DNA of 64,000 nt from an uncultured Clostridia bacterium (GCA_934747385.1 CAKVGK010000001.1:340107-404106); one strand, 5' to 3'; positions 44,628-53,886 are shown, counted from the stretch's first letter. Numbers and translations: made by a program. The notes: generated by a model not told the origin, from the sequence alone.

Positions 44628-46046
44628 TTAAACCAATTTCTGGCTGCCTTTAACCTCAACCAGTTTCATGACTTTTGCAATTTGGTTTGTGTTTGAGTCG
44701 ATATAATAAAAGAACATTCCATCAATCCTTTCAACATAAAATTCATAGCACGCAATTTCTTTGCCACTGTCCAACCTTATCACTGCCTTTCTTGTTGACA
44801 AAATTTCATAATCAAACCCAAGCAAACTTTCCGCCTGGTCAGCTGTTGTGTTAAATTGAGGAACCCTTTCAATGTGGTTGAATGCATAATTTTGAGCGTC
44901 AAGCCCAATAACATTCTGGCTTGTCAAATCAACTTTAACTTTCACCAAATCTGGGTAGTAAACCACTCCGTTCACAACTGGCGCAAGGTTGACATATAAA
45001 ACATTTTGCTTTTCTTCCCTCCAAACAGGTTGCATGTTTTCAAAGCCGATATTGTTGGCAAAATTTTTGGCAATTTCTTGCGCCTGTTCCGCCCCTAAAA
45101 TTGGGTCGCCACCTTCCGCATACGCTGAAAGACCAATTAACAATCCACCTCTTTTGCTAACCTGAGCAAAGAATGTGTTAGAATCTGTTTTGATTGTAAA
45201 GTCATAAGTGAAAATATCGCCTTCTGTGTTTCTGTCAAAATCAATCTGTTTTGCCTTGCCACTAAATACTGTGTCTTTTAAATAATTTTTTGCTTCATCT
45301 TGTGTTATTTCATTTTCAGGCAAACCCTTAACCACTTTATTTTCAAGCGCTGCGGAAAATGGACCATCAAAAATCATGGAAGGGTATTCAACTTGTTCGC
45401 TGCTCAAATTGCCCATGCTTGTGCTGAGTTCATTCATTCCATTCACGTCAAAAATCCCTGCATCAATAAAGTTGTAGCCAGTGTCATACATTCCATAGTT
45501 TTGTTTGTTAAAATTCGCTTTAAGTTCAGCCAAAACAATGGCAATTTCATCAAACAACAATTCTTGTTTCTGAGTTAAATCCTCATTCTTGTTAAGCACT
45601 TTCATGTAAGCTTCGCAAACCCCATTGATTTGATTAAAAAACTTTGTGGTTGCAACCACATTTTCATGATTTATTGGAAGCACACTTAAACCAGCCAAAA
45701 CATAATTACAATCCCCCACCATATCTTGCAGGGTTGAAAGTTTTGCTTGCCTTGTTGTCAAGGTAGAATATTTTGAAATGTCCACAGCGAGATTGTTAAC
45801 ATTGTCAACCATTGAATAATAACTAGAAGCATAAACACCTTCAAGAATGTTTGCGTTTTGTTTGCTTGATTTGTAAACCTGATAATATGCAATCAAAGTA
45901 CAAGTCAAAATCACAAGCAAACTAACAATAGCAACAATAAACCACGGAATTGCTTTTTGAGCGTTACTTTTTTGTTTGGTTTCTTTATCTTTTTCCACAT
46001 TAGAATTTTGCTCAAAATTTTCACTTTTTATTTTTTTATTTTCCAT
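44628..46046 (-). CDS. ypeB: germination protein YpeB-like
   Basis: Start taken at ATG 46046 (MENKKIK). N-terminal TM helix. About 470 aa directly downstream of sleB, as in Bacillus sleB-ypeB. The C-terminal PepSY-like region is not verified. Confidence 0.6.
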   Translation of the reverse strand: MENKKIKSENFEQNSNVEKDKETKQKSNAQKAIPWFIVAIVSLLVILTCTLIAYYQVYKSSKQNANILEGVYASSYYSMVDNVNNLAVDISKYSTLTTRQAKLSTLQDMVGDCNYVLAGLSVLPINHENVVATTKFFNQINGVCEAYMKVLNKNEDLTQKQELLFDEIAIVLAELKANFNKQNYGMYDTGYNFIDAGIFDVNGMNELSTSMGNLSSEQVEYPSMIFDGPFSAALENKVVKGLPENEITQDEAKNYLKDTVFSGKAKQIDFDRNTEGDIFTYDFTIKTDSNTFFAQVSKRGGLLIGLSAYAEGGDPILGAEQAQEIAKNFANNIGFENMQPVWREEKQNVLYVNLAPVVNGVVYYPDLVKVKVDLTSQNVIGLDAQNYAFNHIERVPQFNTTADQAESLLGFDYEILSTRKAVIRLDSGKEIACYEFYVERIDGMFFYYIDSNTNQIAKVMKLVEVKGSQKLV

Positions 46047-46154
46047 ATAAAACCCCAATTAAATTGATTTTTTTAATAATTTTTTTAATAATTTTAATTT
46101 TTTTGCTATTTTTAATTATTTTTTTAATTAATTTATTGTTTGAATTTTAATTTT

Positions 46155-46856
46155 TTACACTGCAAACACATGCTTGCCAATTTGTGTTACCTTTTTTGTT
46201 GTGAAAATCCACTTACTTGTTGCTGTTGCCGGGTTGTAATAATACACAGAGCCGTAGGTAGGATCCCAACCATTCAAGGCGTCGTCAGCGGCCTGATATG
46301 CTTTTTGATTTGGTTCCAAATTTATCTGCCCATCATTGACAGCAGTAAACGCCCAAGGTTGATAAATCACCCCCGCAATCGTGTTTGGAAATCTGCTGTC
46401 CTTAACCCTGTTGAGAACAACTGCTGCAATGGCAACTTGTCCTGTGTAAACCTCTCCACGTGCCTCAGCATAAACCACTTTTGCAAGCATATATCGGTCG
46501 TTACTATTATAGGTTGATGAGCTGCTTGCTTTTGAACTTAAAGTTATGCCCATTTTTTTTGCCGTCAATGGTCCAACAACTCCGTCTTGAGTTAAGCCAT
46601 ATTTTTTTTGAAATTTTTTAACTGCCGCAATGGTTTTAGGACCATTTATTCCGTCCACTGCGCCAGTGTAATAGCCCCATTTTTTCAAACGTTTTTGCAC
46701 TTCTTTTATGTCAGCCGTTGCAGCATATACAAACCCCGCCTCAATGTTTGAAGCCGCCGCCGTTTGCTGAGAAGCACCAATGTTAACCAAAATGCTGCCA
46801 GCCACACCAAATGTCAAAGCAAATATTCCAATAATTGCAATAAATATTTTTTTCAT
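46155..46856 (-). CDS. sleB: spore cortex-lytic enzyme SleB
   Basis: Start at ATG 46856 (MKKIFIAIIG signal). PG-binding repeat VQKRLKKWGYYTGAVDGINGPKTIAAVKKFQKKYGLTQDGVVG. SleB/CwlJ hydrolase core AKVVYAEARGE...AAVVLNRV...FPNTIAGVIYQPWAFTAV. Confidence 0.85.
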   Translation of the reverse strand: MKKIFIAIIGIFALTFGVAGSILVNIGASQQTAAASNIEAGFVYAATADIKEVQKRLKKWGYYTGAVDGINGPKTIAAVKKFQKKYGLTQDGVVGPLTAKKMGITLSSKASSSSTYNSNDRYMLAKVVYAEARGEVYTGQVAIAAVVLNRVKDSRFPNTIAGVIYQPWAFTAVNDGQINLEPNQKAYQAADDALNGWDPTYGSVYYYNPATATSKWIFTTKKVTQIGKHVFAV

Positions 46857-46926
46857 ATTCCCCTCTTCTGCCATATTTTTTTAAATTATTTGCCAATATT
46901 TTTAAATTTTTTCAAATTTTTCAAAA

Positions 46927-47448
46927 CTAATTAAAAATTTTGTTAATAAATTCTTGAATGCGTGACTTAAATTGAATTTTGTCACTTACTTGATTTTCGT
47001 TCACAAAACACAAAGGTGGATACATAACACACCACCAATTATCTCCAACCGCGTCGCCAAGTTCAACAATAACTGCGTCATAATAACCAGATTCCAAAGT
47101 GGTGTTATTGTAAGTCCTTGTTGGAAAATATTCGTTTGAAATTTTAACATTAACAGAATAGTTCATACCATTTGCCAAAAGCATATTTTTACCAATTGCC
47201 TCTATGTTTGATTTTTCGCTGTTGACCACTTCAATTGCTTGTTGTTTGGTTTTAACATTGCAGAGTTTTGGTGTTAAATATTCCACTACGCAGTCTTTAA
47301 TCTTATATTTAACTGCTTGGTCTATGCTGCTATTGCTGTTTGCGCGAATATGTATTCTTAAATAATCGTAGTCCTCCTTTTGTGGCAAGTTTATAGCAAC
47401 AACAGCAATCAAAACACAAATCAAAATGATTCCAATAAATTTTTTCAT
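46927..47448 (-). CDS. spoIIR: stage II sporulation protein R
   Basis: 173 aa. Signal/TM helix followed by LRIHIRANSNSSIDQAVKYKIKDCVVEYL, matching the SpoIIR signature LR.HV.ANSD...DQ..K..V.D. Confidence 0.8.
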   Translation of the reverse strand: MKKFIGIILICVLIAVVAINLPQKEDYDYLRIHIRANSNSSIDQAVKYKIKDCVVEYLTPKLCNVKTKQQAIEVVNSEKSNIEAIGKNMLLANGMNYSVNVKISNEYFPTRTYNNTTLESGYYDAVIVELGDAVGDNWWCVMYPPLCFVNENQVSDKIQFKSRIQEFINKIFN

Positions 47449-47473
47449 GTGACTATGATTGGCAAAATTTTAT

Positions 47474-47512
47474 AAAAAAACTGCAAAACTAAGGTAAATT
47501 TTGCAATTTTTT
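47474..47512. terminator. terminator between the amidase gene and spoIIR
   Basis: TGCAAAA...TTTTGCA 7-bp stem, flanked by A7 and T6 runs. Confidence 0.45.
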
Positions 47513-47540
47513 ATCTATTACGCTCAAAAACGTTACGGTC

Positions 47541-48596
47541 TTACCTTTGAGGTCTACCCGCGGAATTGAACAATGCTCGCCAAGTTGCAGGTCCCACAAT
47601 ACCATCTGCAGTCAACCCATTTTCCACTTGAAAAGCCTTCACTGCGCGTTCAGTTTCTCCACCAAAAATGCCGTCTAAATTTGTGATTGGGTATAAATAC
47701 GAAAGCAAAAGTTTTTGAAGATACAATACTGCGCTGACCTTGCTTCCTCTTCTTAAAATTTGACTTGAAGGGTTTAAATTCAAGAGCGCCCGCCAAGTGT
47801 TTGCGCCAACAATGCCATCTGCAGTAAGATTGTTGTTGGTTTGGAATTGTTGCACAGCACGCATTGTTCTATCTCCAAAAATTCCGTCTGTTGAAAGATT
47901 ATATCCATACATATTGAGTAGATATTGCAAGGTCACCACAAAATTTCCGCGTGAACCAATGCGGATAGTTGGATAATTAGTCAATTTTCTTTCAACATAT
48001 GGTACACCAAGATAACTACATACCCCAGAACATGCGCCCTCACCCACATTAAGCACAAAAGTTGGGTTTAGCATTAATTTTGCTTCAACAAAATTTGTCA
48101 TAAATCCTGCCTCGATAAGCGTTGCTGGGCAGCGAACATTTGAAAGCATTCCGACTGAAAGCGTGCCAATTTTTCGCCCTGGTCTGCCAGTAAATTCAAC
48201 AACTTTGTTATATACATTTTGGCTCAACACTCTGCTTTGGTTTGAATATGAATTGTATGGGCTGTAATACACCTCTAAGCCCTGAGCTTTGTCAAAAGTT
48301 GTTCCACTGCCAGAAGCATTGTAAGCAAAGGTAACCACCAAACTGACACCAGCGCGATTTGTTCTAACCACTCGAGTTGAAACGCTGACGTCCTGAACCT
48401 CAGGGTGCACGTCATACACTTTAAAACCGCACCTTAAACATGCTAAAATAAAATCAATTTTGGACTGTCTATTAAATTCATTTTCATAAAAACTTCTGTT
48501 TATGTAAGGCAAAATTGGCGTGCGTTTGCCAACTGTTGGCGGGTTTAAACCGTGCTCATCGTTTGCCCCAATTAAAAAATCACTTGCTTGTGCCAT
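47541..48596 (-). CDS. Amidase_3-like cell-wall amidase with two C-terminal PG-binding repeats
   Basis: Start at ATG 48596 (MAQASDF, RBS AAGAGG). Blocks GANDEHG, YENEF, VVTFAYNAS, GLEVYYS and ATLIEAGFMTN parallel CwlD-type Amidase_3. Two LQYLLN.YGY...DGIFG..T..AV..FQ repeats follow. Confidence 0.7.
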   Translation of the reverse strand: MAQASDFLIGANDEHGLNPPTVGKRTPILPYINRSFYENEFNRQSKIDFILACLRCGFKVYDVHPEVQDVSVSTRVVRTNRAGVSLVVTFAYNASGSGTTFDKAQGLEVYYSPYNSYSNQSRVLSQNVYNKVVEFTGRPGRKIGTLSVGMLSNVRCPATLIEAGFMTNFVEAKLMLNPTFVLNVGEGACSGVCSYLGVPYVERKLTNYPTIRIGSRGNFVVTLQYLLNMYGYNLSTDGIFGDRTMRAVQQFQTNNNLTADGIVGANTWRALLNLNPSSQILRRGSKVSAVLYLQKLLLSYLYPITNLDGIFGGETERAVKAFQVENGLTADGIVGPATWRALFNSAGRPQR

Positions 48597-48719
48597 AATA
48601 ACCTCTTTATTGTTTCTATGACCAATCAAAAGAGTTTGTTAAAAATCAATCATCATTTTTATGTCACTATCTAAACGATTTTTTAAGTTCTCAACTATGC
48701 AAGTATTTTAATATTTTAT

Positions 48720-48750
48720 AAAAAAATTGCAGAACAACTGCAATTTTTTG
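48720..48750. terminator. terminator after the HD gene
   Basis: A7-ATTGCAG-AACAA-CTGCAAT-T6. Confidence 0.6.
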
Positions 48751-48771
48751 TTTATCTATTTGAACAAACTT

Positions 48772-49380
48772 CTAAGATTTTATAATCTCTTCATCTATGT
48801 AAGTTGCCATGTAGTCTGCAACATGAATGAGAAGGGCATTTGGGAATTGCAAATATGCTTGAGTCAGTTCGTCGCCTTGTGCTGCGCGAGGGTCAAAACT
48901 GCCCATGTGCCAGTTAATGCAAATTGCTTCTTCGCGAGTTAGGTGCATGAAACCGCTTATGATATATACAGATTTTTCACCATGACCGAAAGGCAAGCCA
49001 TTGCTTTGATTGTGTGCATAAAATGGCACTTGAACCCATTGTCCATCAATTTTTTTGTTTTTCAAATCTTTAACATAACTGCCAATTTTGCAAACGTCGT
49101 GCAAAAGTGCAATGATTGCAATGCTTTCGTCACTCAAAAAATTTGCATAGTTTTCGCCATATTCGTTTTGAATGATTTTCTTGTAACGCTTATAAACCAT
49201 AATTGAGTGATAAGCCAAGCCTCCATCAAAATTGGAATGAAAACGTGAAGAAGCTGGTGAGGTGAAAAAGTCACTTTTGTTAACTAGATAATCCAACAAC
49301 TCGTTTGCGCCCTCTCGCCTTATGTTTGCCTTGTAAATGTCAATAAATTCCTGTTTAATTTGGTCAATTGATTTGTCCAT
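48772..49380 (-). CDS. HD-domain metal-dependent phosphohydrolase
   Basis: 202 aa. FHSNFDGGLAYHS ... IIALLHDVCKIG ... GHGEKS. Starts 8 nt after the hydrogenase stop. RBS AGGAGAG. Confidence 0.65.
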   Translation of the reverse strand: MDKSIDQIKQEFIDIYKANIRREGANELLDYLVNKSDFFTSPASSRFHSNFDGGLAYHSIMVYKRYKKIIQNEYGENYANFLSDESIAIIALLHDVCKIGSYVKDLKNKKIDGQWVQVPFYAHNQSNGLPFGHGEKSVYIISGFMHLTREEAICINWHMGSFDPRAAQGDELTQAYLQFPNALLIHVADYMATYIDEEIIKS

Positions 49381-49388
49381 ATTCTCTC

Positions 49389-50690
49389 CTATCTTGCACT
49401 ATGATTCATGTGCAAAAATTCTTGTGCTTTTTCTCCGTTCGGTTCGCCCAAAAACTCGCTGTATAGTTGTGTTAAATTCAAATTTTGATAACTATCTTTT
49501 GTTTTACTATCAAATTTAAACAAGCTTTCGCCGCGTTTTGAAACCGCCAGATGATTATCTTCCTGCTTTGGCTGACCGCCTCCGCCAACGCATCCATTTG
49601 GGCAAGCCATAACTTCAATAAAATCAAAATTATATTCATTCATCCCGTTTAAAATTCGCCTTGCGTTAGCCGTGCCTGAAATGACACACAACTTTAATTC
49701 TTTATCTAAAAGCCTAACACTGGCAGTTTTAACTCCGTTCATGCCGGCAAGTGGTTTGAATTTAATCAAATTTTTTGGTGGTTGATTGTTTGTTGTTAAA
49801 TAATGTGCAGTTTGAATAACCGCTTTTGCAACGCCTCCACTTACACCAAAGGACACGCCTGCGTTTGAAGCACAATTGAATGGCTCATCAAAACAAGCCT
49901 GCTCCAAATTTTCAAAGCCAATTTCTTGCTTTTTAAGCATTCTAGCAAGTTCTCTAACGGTTATAACGCAGTCTGTGTTTTTGCCATATTCGCCGCACAA
50001 CTGCAATAGATTTGCTTCCATTTTTTTTGCCACGCAGGGTGTGATTGCCACCACAGCCAAATTTTCTGGTTTTATATTTTTGTTTTTTGCAAACCAGTTT
50101 TTAATTACACTTGAAAGCATGGCTATTGGGCTCAAGCAAGTTGACAAATTTGGCACAAATTGTGGATAAAAGCATTTAACAAACTTAACCCATGCTGGGC
50201 AGCAACTTGTGAATTGTGGCAAATCGTTGTTGCTTTTAATGCGTTCCACAAGTTCGCAAGCCTCTTCCATAACTGTCAAATCCGCACCGAACGACACGTC
50301 AAACACAAAATCAACACCAAGTTTTTTGATTGCAGAAACCATTTTGCCAGCAACAAATTCACCAACATTAAGTCCAAATTCTTCACCTAAACTAACTCTA
50401 ACCGCAGGTGCAACAATAACCGCCACTTTTTTGTTTGGATTTTGAATTAATTCCAAAAATTCATTGCTATTGTCTTGCTCCACAATAGCTTCAACCGAGC
50501 AAAAATTGGCACATTGCCCGCAATTTATGCAAACAATGTCCTCGCTGTCATATGTCCAATTCCCAGCAACACCAATTTGCTTAATGCAAACATCTTTACA
50601 TTTTCCACAAAGCACACACTTGTTTTCCTTGCGCCTTATGCTTGGATTGTTGTGCGCAATTGGTACGCGAATTTCTGCAAACTTGTCCAA
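49389..50690 (-). CDS. [FeFe] hydrogenase (ferredoxin-like N-terminus plus H-cluster domain)
   Basis: 433 aa with a TTG start after AAGGAG. Two CxxCxxCxxxC clusters (CVLCGKCKDVC, CINCGQCANFC). H-cluster motifs TSCCPAW, TPCVAKKMEA and MACPNGCVGGGGQP. Confidence 0.88.
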   Translation of the reverse strand: MDKFAEIRVPIAHNNPSIRRKENKCVLCGKCKDVCIKQIGVAGNWTYDSEDIVCINCGQCANFCSVEAIVEQDNSNEFLELIQNPNKKVAVIVAPAVRVSLGEEFGLNVGEFVAGKMVSAIKKLGVDFVFDVSFGADLTVMEEACELVERIKSNNDLPQFTSCCPAWVKFVKCFYPQFVPNLSTCLSPIAMLSSVIKNWFAKNKNIKPENLAVVAITPCVAKKMEANLLQLCGEYGKNTDCVITVRELARMLKKQEIGFENLEQACFDEPFNCASNAGVSFGVSGGVAKAVIQTAHYLTTNNQPPKNLIKFKPLAGMNGVKTASVRLLDKELKLCVISGTANARRILNGMNEYNFDFIEVMACPNGCVGGGGQPKQEDNHLAVSKRGESLFKFDSKTKDSYQNLNLTQLYSEFLGEPNGEKAQEFLHMNHSAR

Positions 50691-50720
50691 TTTTTGCTCC
50701 TTATCTTTTGTGTGAAAATA

Positions 50721-51980
50721 TTAATTGTTCACTTTGTTTAAAACCTTAATTTCGTTGCCAAGTTTAACGTCTTTAACAGTGGTTAACAAGTCGGCAACCT
50801 CAACCACTTTTTCGTAAAAGTTCTTCATGTTTTTTGGTCTAACAAAAAGCGAAACATTATATTTCTTTGTCAATTCATTTTTGGTTTTATACACTTCAAT
50901 AATGTCATCGTCCAAGTCGTAAACCAGTGCCAAATTTTGCTTCATATCAAAAGTTAGACCGCGCTCTTTTATAAGCATTGTAACAGGTTCAAAGCCAATG
51001 CTGCCGCCAACAGCAGGCACGTCTTGCCCTGTTATTTTGCCAATCATGGTGTCATATCTGCCGCCCCCGCCGATTGCACCGCCAAAGCCATTTGTGTAAT
51101 ATTCAAAAACAGTGCCAGTGTAATAGCCTTGACCACGAACAATAGAAATATCAAACACAATTTTAACTGTTGACTTAACCATTGCGCGCAAGTTGTTGAT
51201 TAAAAATTTAATGTCGTCAATTATGTTTTGTGGTGCATCGTATTTTAAACTTGCATCAATGCCGTTTTCCAAAACATCGTTCAAACTGTCCACAAGTGTG
51301 TTGATTTTTGCAATGTCAAAACCCTTTTCAATGAGTTCCATCATCACGCCATTTAAAGAAATTTTGTCAATCTTATCAAGAGAAACACAAACAGTGTTAA
51401 CTTGCGCTGGCTCGAACCCAGCATTCAACACGATAGCGTTCAAAATGCGTCTATCATTAACTTTAACCGTCAAATCGTCAAAACCAATTTTGTTGTATGT
51501 GTCAATTGAGGTTTTCATCAGCTCCAGTTCTGCCATAATTGTTTTGTCGCCAAAAACGTCAATGTCACACTGAATAAATTGACGGTCACGTCCTCTTTGT
51601 GGACGCTCTGCACGGAAAGAATAATCAATTTGGATAGCCTTAAAAGGTGTTGGCAATTTCTCCCTATTGTTTGCGTAAAACCTTGCAAGTGGAACGGTTA
51701 AATCGTACCTTAATCCCTCTTCTGCAATGTCTTTAACTGTAAGGTTTTGTTTGGTCAGGTCAAGTTTATCTCCACGTTTAATAGTTCTAAAAATCAACTT
51801 CAAATTGTCGCCGCCATCGCTGCTGTCCAAAAAATCCAAACTTTCCAAAATTGGTGTTTGAATGAGGTTGTAGCCATTGCTTTGATAACTTTCAAGAATT
51901 TTTTCTCTCACCAATTCACGCACTTTGGCGTCCCTTGGCATATAGTCGTTTGTCCCCCTGATTGGGTTGAAATTTTTCAT
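50721..51980 (-). CDS. hisS: histidyl-tRNA synthetase
   Basis: 419 aa. IRGTNDYMP N-terminus, motif 2 FRAERPQRGRDRQFIQCDIDVFG, motif 3 GGGGRYD. Confidence 0.88.
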   Translation of the reverse strand: MKNFNPIRGTNDYMPRDAKVRELVREKILESYQSNGYNLIQTPILESLDFLDSSDGGDNLKLIFRTIKRGDKLDLTKQNLTVKDIAEEGLRYDLTVPLARFYANNREKLPTPFKAIQIDYSFRAERPQRGRDRQFIQCDIDVFGDKTIMAELELMKTSIDTYNKIGFDDLTVKVNDRRILNAIVLNAGFEPAQVNTVCVSLDKIDKISLNGVMMELIEKGFDIAKINTLVDSLNDVLENGIDASLKYDAPQNIIDDIKFLINNLRAMVKSTVKIVFDISIVRGQGYYTGTVFEYYTNGFGGAIGGGGRYDTMIGKITGQDVPAVGGSIGFEPVTMLIKERGLTFDMKQNLALVYDLDDDIIEVYKTKNELTKKYNVSLFVRPKNMKNFYEKVVEVADLLTTVKDVKLGNEIKVLNKVNN

Positions 51981-52000
51981 TTTTAACTCCTAACAATTGA

Positions 52001-52029
52001 ATTATAAAAAAAACGGCAACATTTGTCAA
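52001..52029 (-). promoter_or_regulatory. consensus sigma-A promoter of hisS
   Basis: Minus strand TTGACA (52029-52024), 17 nt spacer, TATAAT (52006-52001). The -35 and spacer lie inside the 3' arm and T run of the upstream terminator. Confidence 0.55.
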
Positions 52030-52063
52030 ACAAATGCTTTGTTTGCTTGTCATTTGCCACCGT
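52005..52063 (-). terminator. terminator of the thioesterase gene
   Basis: Minus strand ACGGTGGCAAATG...CAAATGTTGCCGT long hairpin (with inner CAAACAAA/TTTGTTTG) followed by T8. Confidence 0.6.
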
Positions 52064-52130
52064 CAAAATTTTTTAATTTTTAAAGTTATTTCTTAATTAA
52101 TTCTTGTTCTAAAACACTTATCATCAAAAT

Positions 52131-52847
52131 TTATTTTGCCAAAGCCGAAAACTTAAGTTGCCCAGCCACATAGCCAGAAACAAGATAATCTTCACCAACC
52201 TTTTCAAAGTAGATATCAACAACATCACCAAGTTTGCATTCTGAAATATAATTGATTTGCATATGAGTTAAATGCTCATTTTGCAAACAGTCAAAAACGT
52301 ATTGAGCATAATGAACATTGTTTAAATGTTTGTTGTGGTCAATTTCACTCAAACTAACCGTGTGCACAAAATTTGGTTTTTCCTTTGCTGGCACTGTTTG
52401 TGTTTTTTCAAACTTAAAATCATAATTTACATTGCTTTCAAACTCCGCCCCAACAGGATACTCCACCACACTTGGCAAAACGAGTTTACGAGTTAACGTT
52501 GAAATAAGACACCATTTGCTTATGCCTTTGATAAGCGTGTTTCCGAACAAATCTTCAACCAAATAATCACGGTCAAAATCAACTCGACCTTTTGGGTGTG
52601 GCCAAGTTTTTACAACCACTTGTTGATATAATTTTGGCTGAATAAGCACATCATATTTTGTGCGTACTGTAATCCAGTAAAATCCTTTGTTAACCATTGT
52701 TTCAAACCCAACACCCATCATCTCCCCATGCACACTTGCAGTATCTTGAAAAATTTGAAAAATTGCAGATGGTAAAAGATTGTCATTCAAATCAAACTGG
52801 CTGGGCGACAATTTGATTTTTTCACTATACAATAATTTTTTATTCAT
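52131..52847 (-). CDS. acyl-ACP thioesterase
   Basis: 238 aa double hot-dog pattern: QDTASVHGEMMGVGFETMVNKGFYWITVRTKYDV...VVVKTWP and, in the second half, SEIDHNKHLNNVHYAQY. Confidence 0.8.
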   Translation of the reverse strand: MNKKLLYSEKIKLSPSQFDLNDNLLPSAIFQIFQDTASVHGEMMGVGFETMVNKGFYWITVRTKYDVLIQPKLYQQVVVKTWPHPKGRVDFDRDYLVEDLFGNTLIKGISKWCLISTLTRKLVLPSVVEYPVGAEFESNVNYDFKFEKTQTVPAKEKPNFVHTVSLSEIDHNKHLNNVHYAQYVFDCLQNEHLTHMQINYISECKLGDVVDIYFEKVGEDYLVSGYVAGQLKFSALAK

Positions 52848-52992
52848 AATATTTTTATCTTAACTCTATCAATTTTTTAAGTCAATATTTAAATATCTAA
52901 ACTTTGATTTTAACAGCACAAAAAAGCGTTACACCCTTTTTGATATTTTCAACAAAAAATTATACCTATAAGTATGATCAAGACAAATTGGT

Positions 52993-53229
52993 TTATTCGT
53001 TTGAAATTTTAACTTCGCCGCAAAGAATGTCGTTATAAGAATAGGTTATGATGGAATTAATGTCCAAAAGTGATTTTACAGTAAAAACGCTATTATAAAC
53101 GTTTTCAATCACTGCGCGGTAGCTGCTAACCTTTCTTCTTCCGCGATTCACGTCCAGTTTTACCTCTTTGCCCTTTAATGCAAGGATTTTTTGTTTAATA
53201 TTATCCACTGTGTTTGGCATTTTTTTCAT
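52993..53229 (-). CDS. veg: Veg protein
   Basis: 78 aa. IKQKILALKGKEVKLDVNRGRRKVSSYRAVIENVYNSVFTV...YSYNDILCGEVKI parallels B. subtilis Veg (ANGGRRK...YPSVFVI...YSYADILT) as I remember it. Confidence 0.85.
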   Translation of the reverse strand: MKKMPNTVDNIKQKILALKGKEVKLDVNRGRRKVSSYRAVIENVYNSVFTVKSLLDINSIITYSYNDILCGEVKISNE

Positions 53230-53315
53230 AGTTCACCCCAAATTATATTTTTCGAACCACAAAAATTTAATCAAACAAAACAAAACATGCCAAAATTCGT
53301 GCTTAAATTAAACAC

Positions 53316-53338
53316 AAAAAATGGGCACAGTGCCCATT
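53316..53338 (-). terminator. intrinsic terminator
   Basis: Minus strand AATGGGC-ACTGT-GCCCATT followed by T5-6. Confidence 0.6.
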
Positions 53339-53343
53339 AGTTA

Positions 53344-53886
53344 TTAAAAATCGTCATCATCGCTGGAGCCAGAGTCCTCCTCCTCATCATCATCGTCGTC
53401 ATCGTCTTCTTCTTCCTCGTCGTCGTCAATCATGTCAAGGTCTAGGTCATCATCGTCGTCATCATCATTGTCGTTGTCCTTGTCGGCATCGTCACCAAAC
53501 TCGTAATCTTCAACCAAACCAGAAGTATCTTCCATTTCGTCTTGTTCATATATGGTGTCGGTCAAATCATTGCCTTCTTCGTCGTCTTCGTCTTCCTCAT
53601 CGTCGTCGGCAATATATTTGTGCCAATCTGAAATTTCCTTATTTTCAGTTTCTTCGTCCACATTCATGCCAAGTTCCTGTTTGCAACTATCACAAATCTC
53701 TTGATCGTTTTGAACAAAATTGATTTTGCAAATTGGGCAAAGTTCCAAATCGCCAATATCGTCCTCAGTTGACTTAATCAACTTCATTTCCTTTTTGCAC
53801 ACGTCACAGTATTGGTCTGATTTTTTAATATAATTCAATTCGCACCTTGGGCACAAAATCCAAACTGGTTTAGTTGCTTTTGCCAT
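53344..53886 (-). CDS. double zinc-ribbon protein with poly-Asp/Glu tail
   Basis: Start at ATG 53886 (MAKATKP, RBS AAGGAAGGAG). CPRC...CDVC and CPIC...CDSC pairs. The C-terminal ~90 aa are dominated by D/E runs (DDDDDDDLDLDMIDDDEEEEDDDDDDDEEED). Confidence 0.6.
   Translation of the reverse strand: MAKATKPVWILCPRCELNYIKKSDQYCDVCKKEMKLIKSTEDDIGDLELCPICKINFVQNDQEICDSCKQELGMNVDEETENKEISDWHKYIADDDEEDEDDEEGNDLTDTIYEQDEMEDTSGLVEDYEFGDDADKDNDNDDDDDDDLDLDMIDDDEEEEDDDDDDDEEEDSGSSDDDDF

Noticed and set aside
46059-46154. 96-bp pure A/T spacer between sleB and ypeB as a second phased-tract array
   Set aside because: The T runs are irregularly spaced, with no constant 10-11-bp unit by hand count. It is simply an AT-rich intercistronic spacer.
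51981-52130. T-box leaders upstream of hisS and of lysS (58945-59023)
   Set aside because: Both spacers contain a near-consensus promoter followed almost immediately by the RBS. No T-box core or antiterminator/terminator pair is present.
53344-53620. Apparent DNA-level tandem repeats (GTC/ATC/TTC triplet runs)
   Set aside because: They are the direct consequence of poly-Asp/Glu codons in a continuous ORF, not an independent repeat element.
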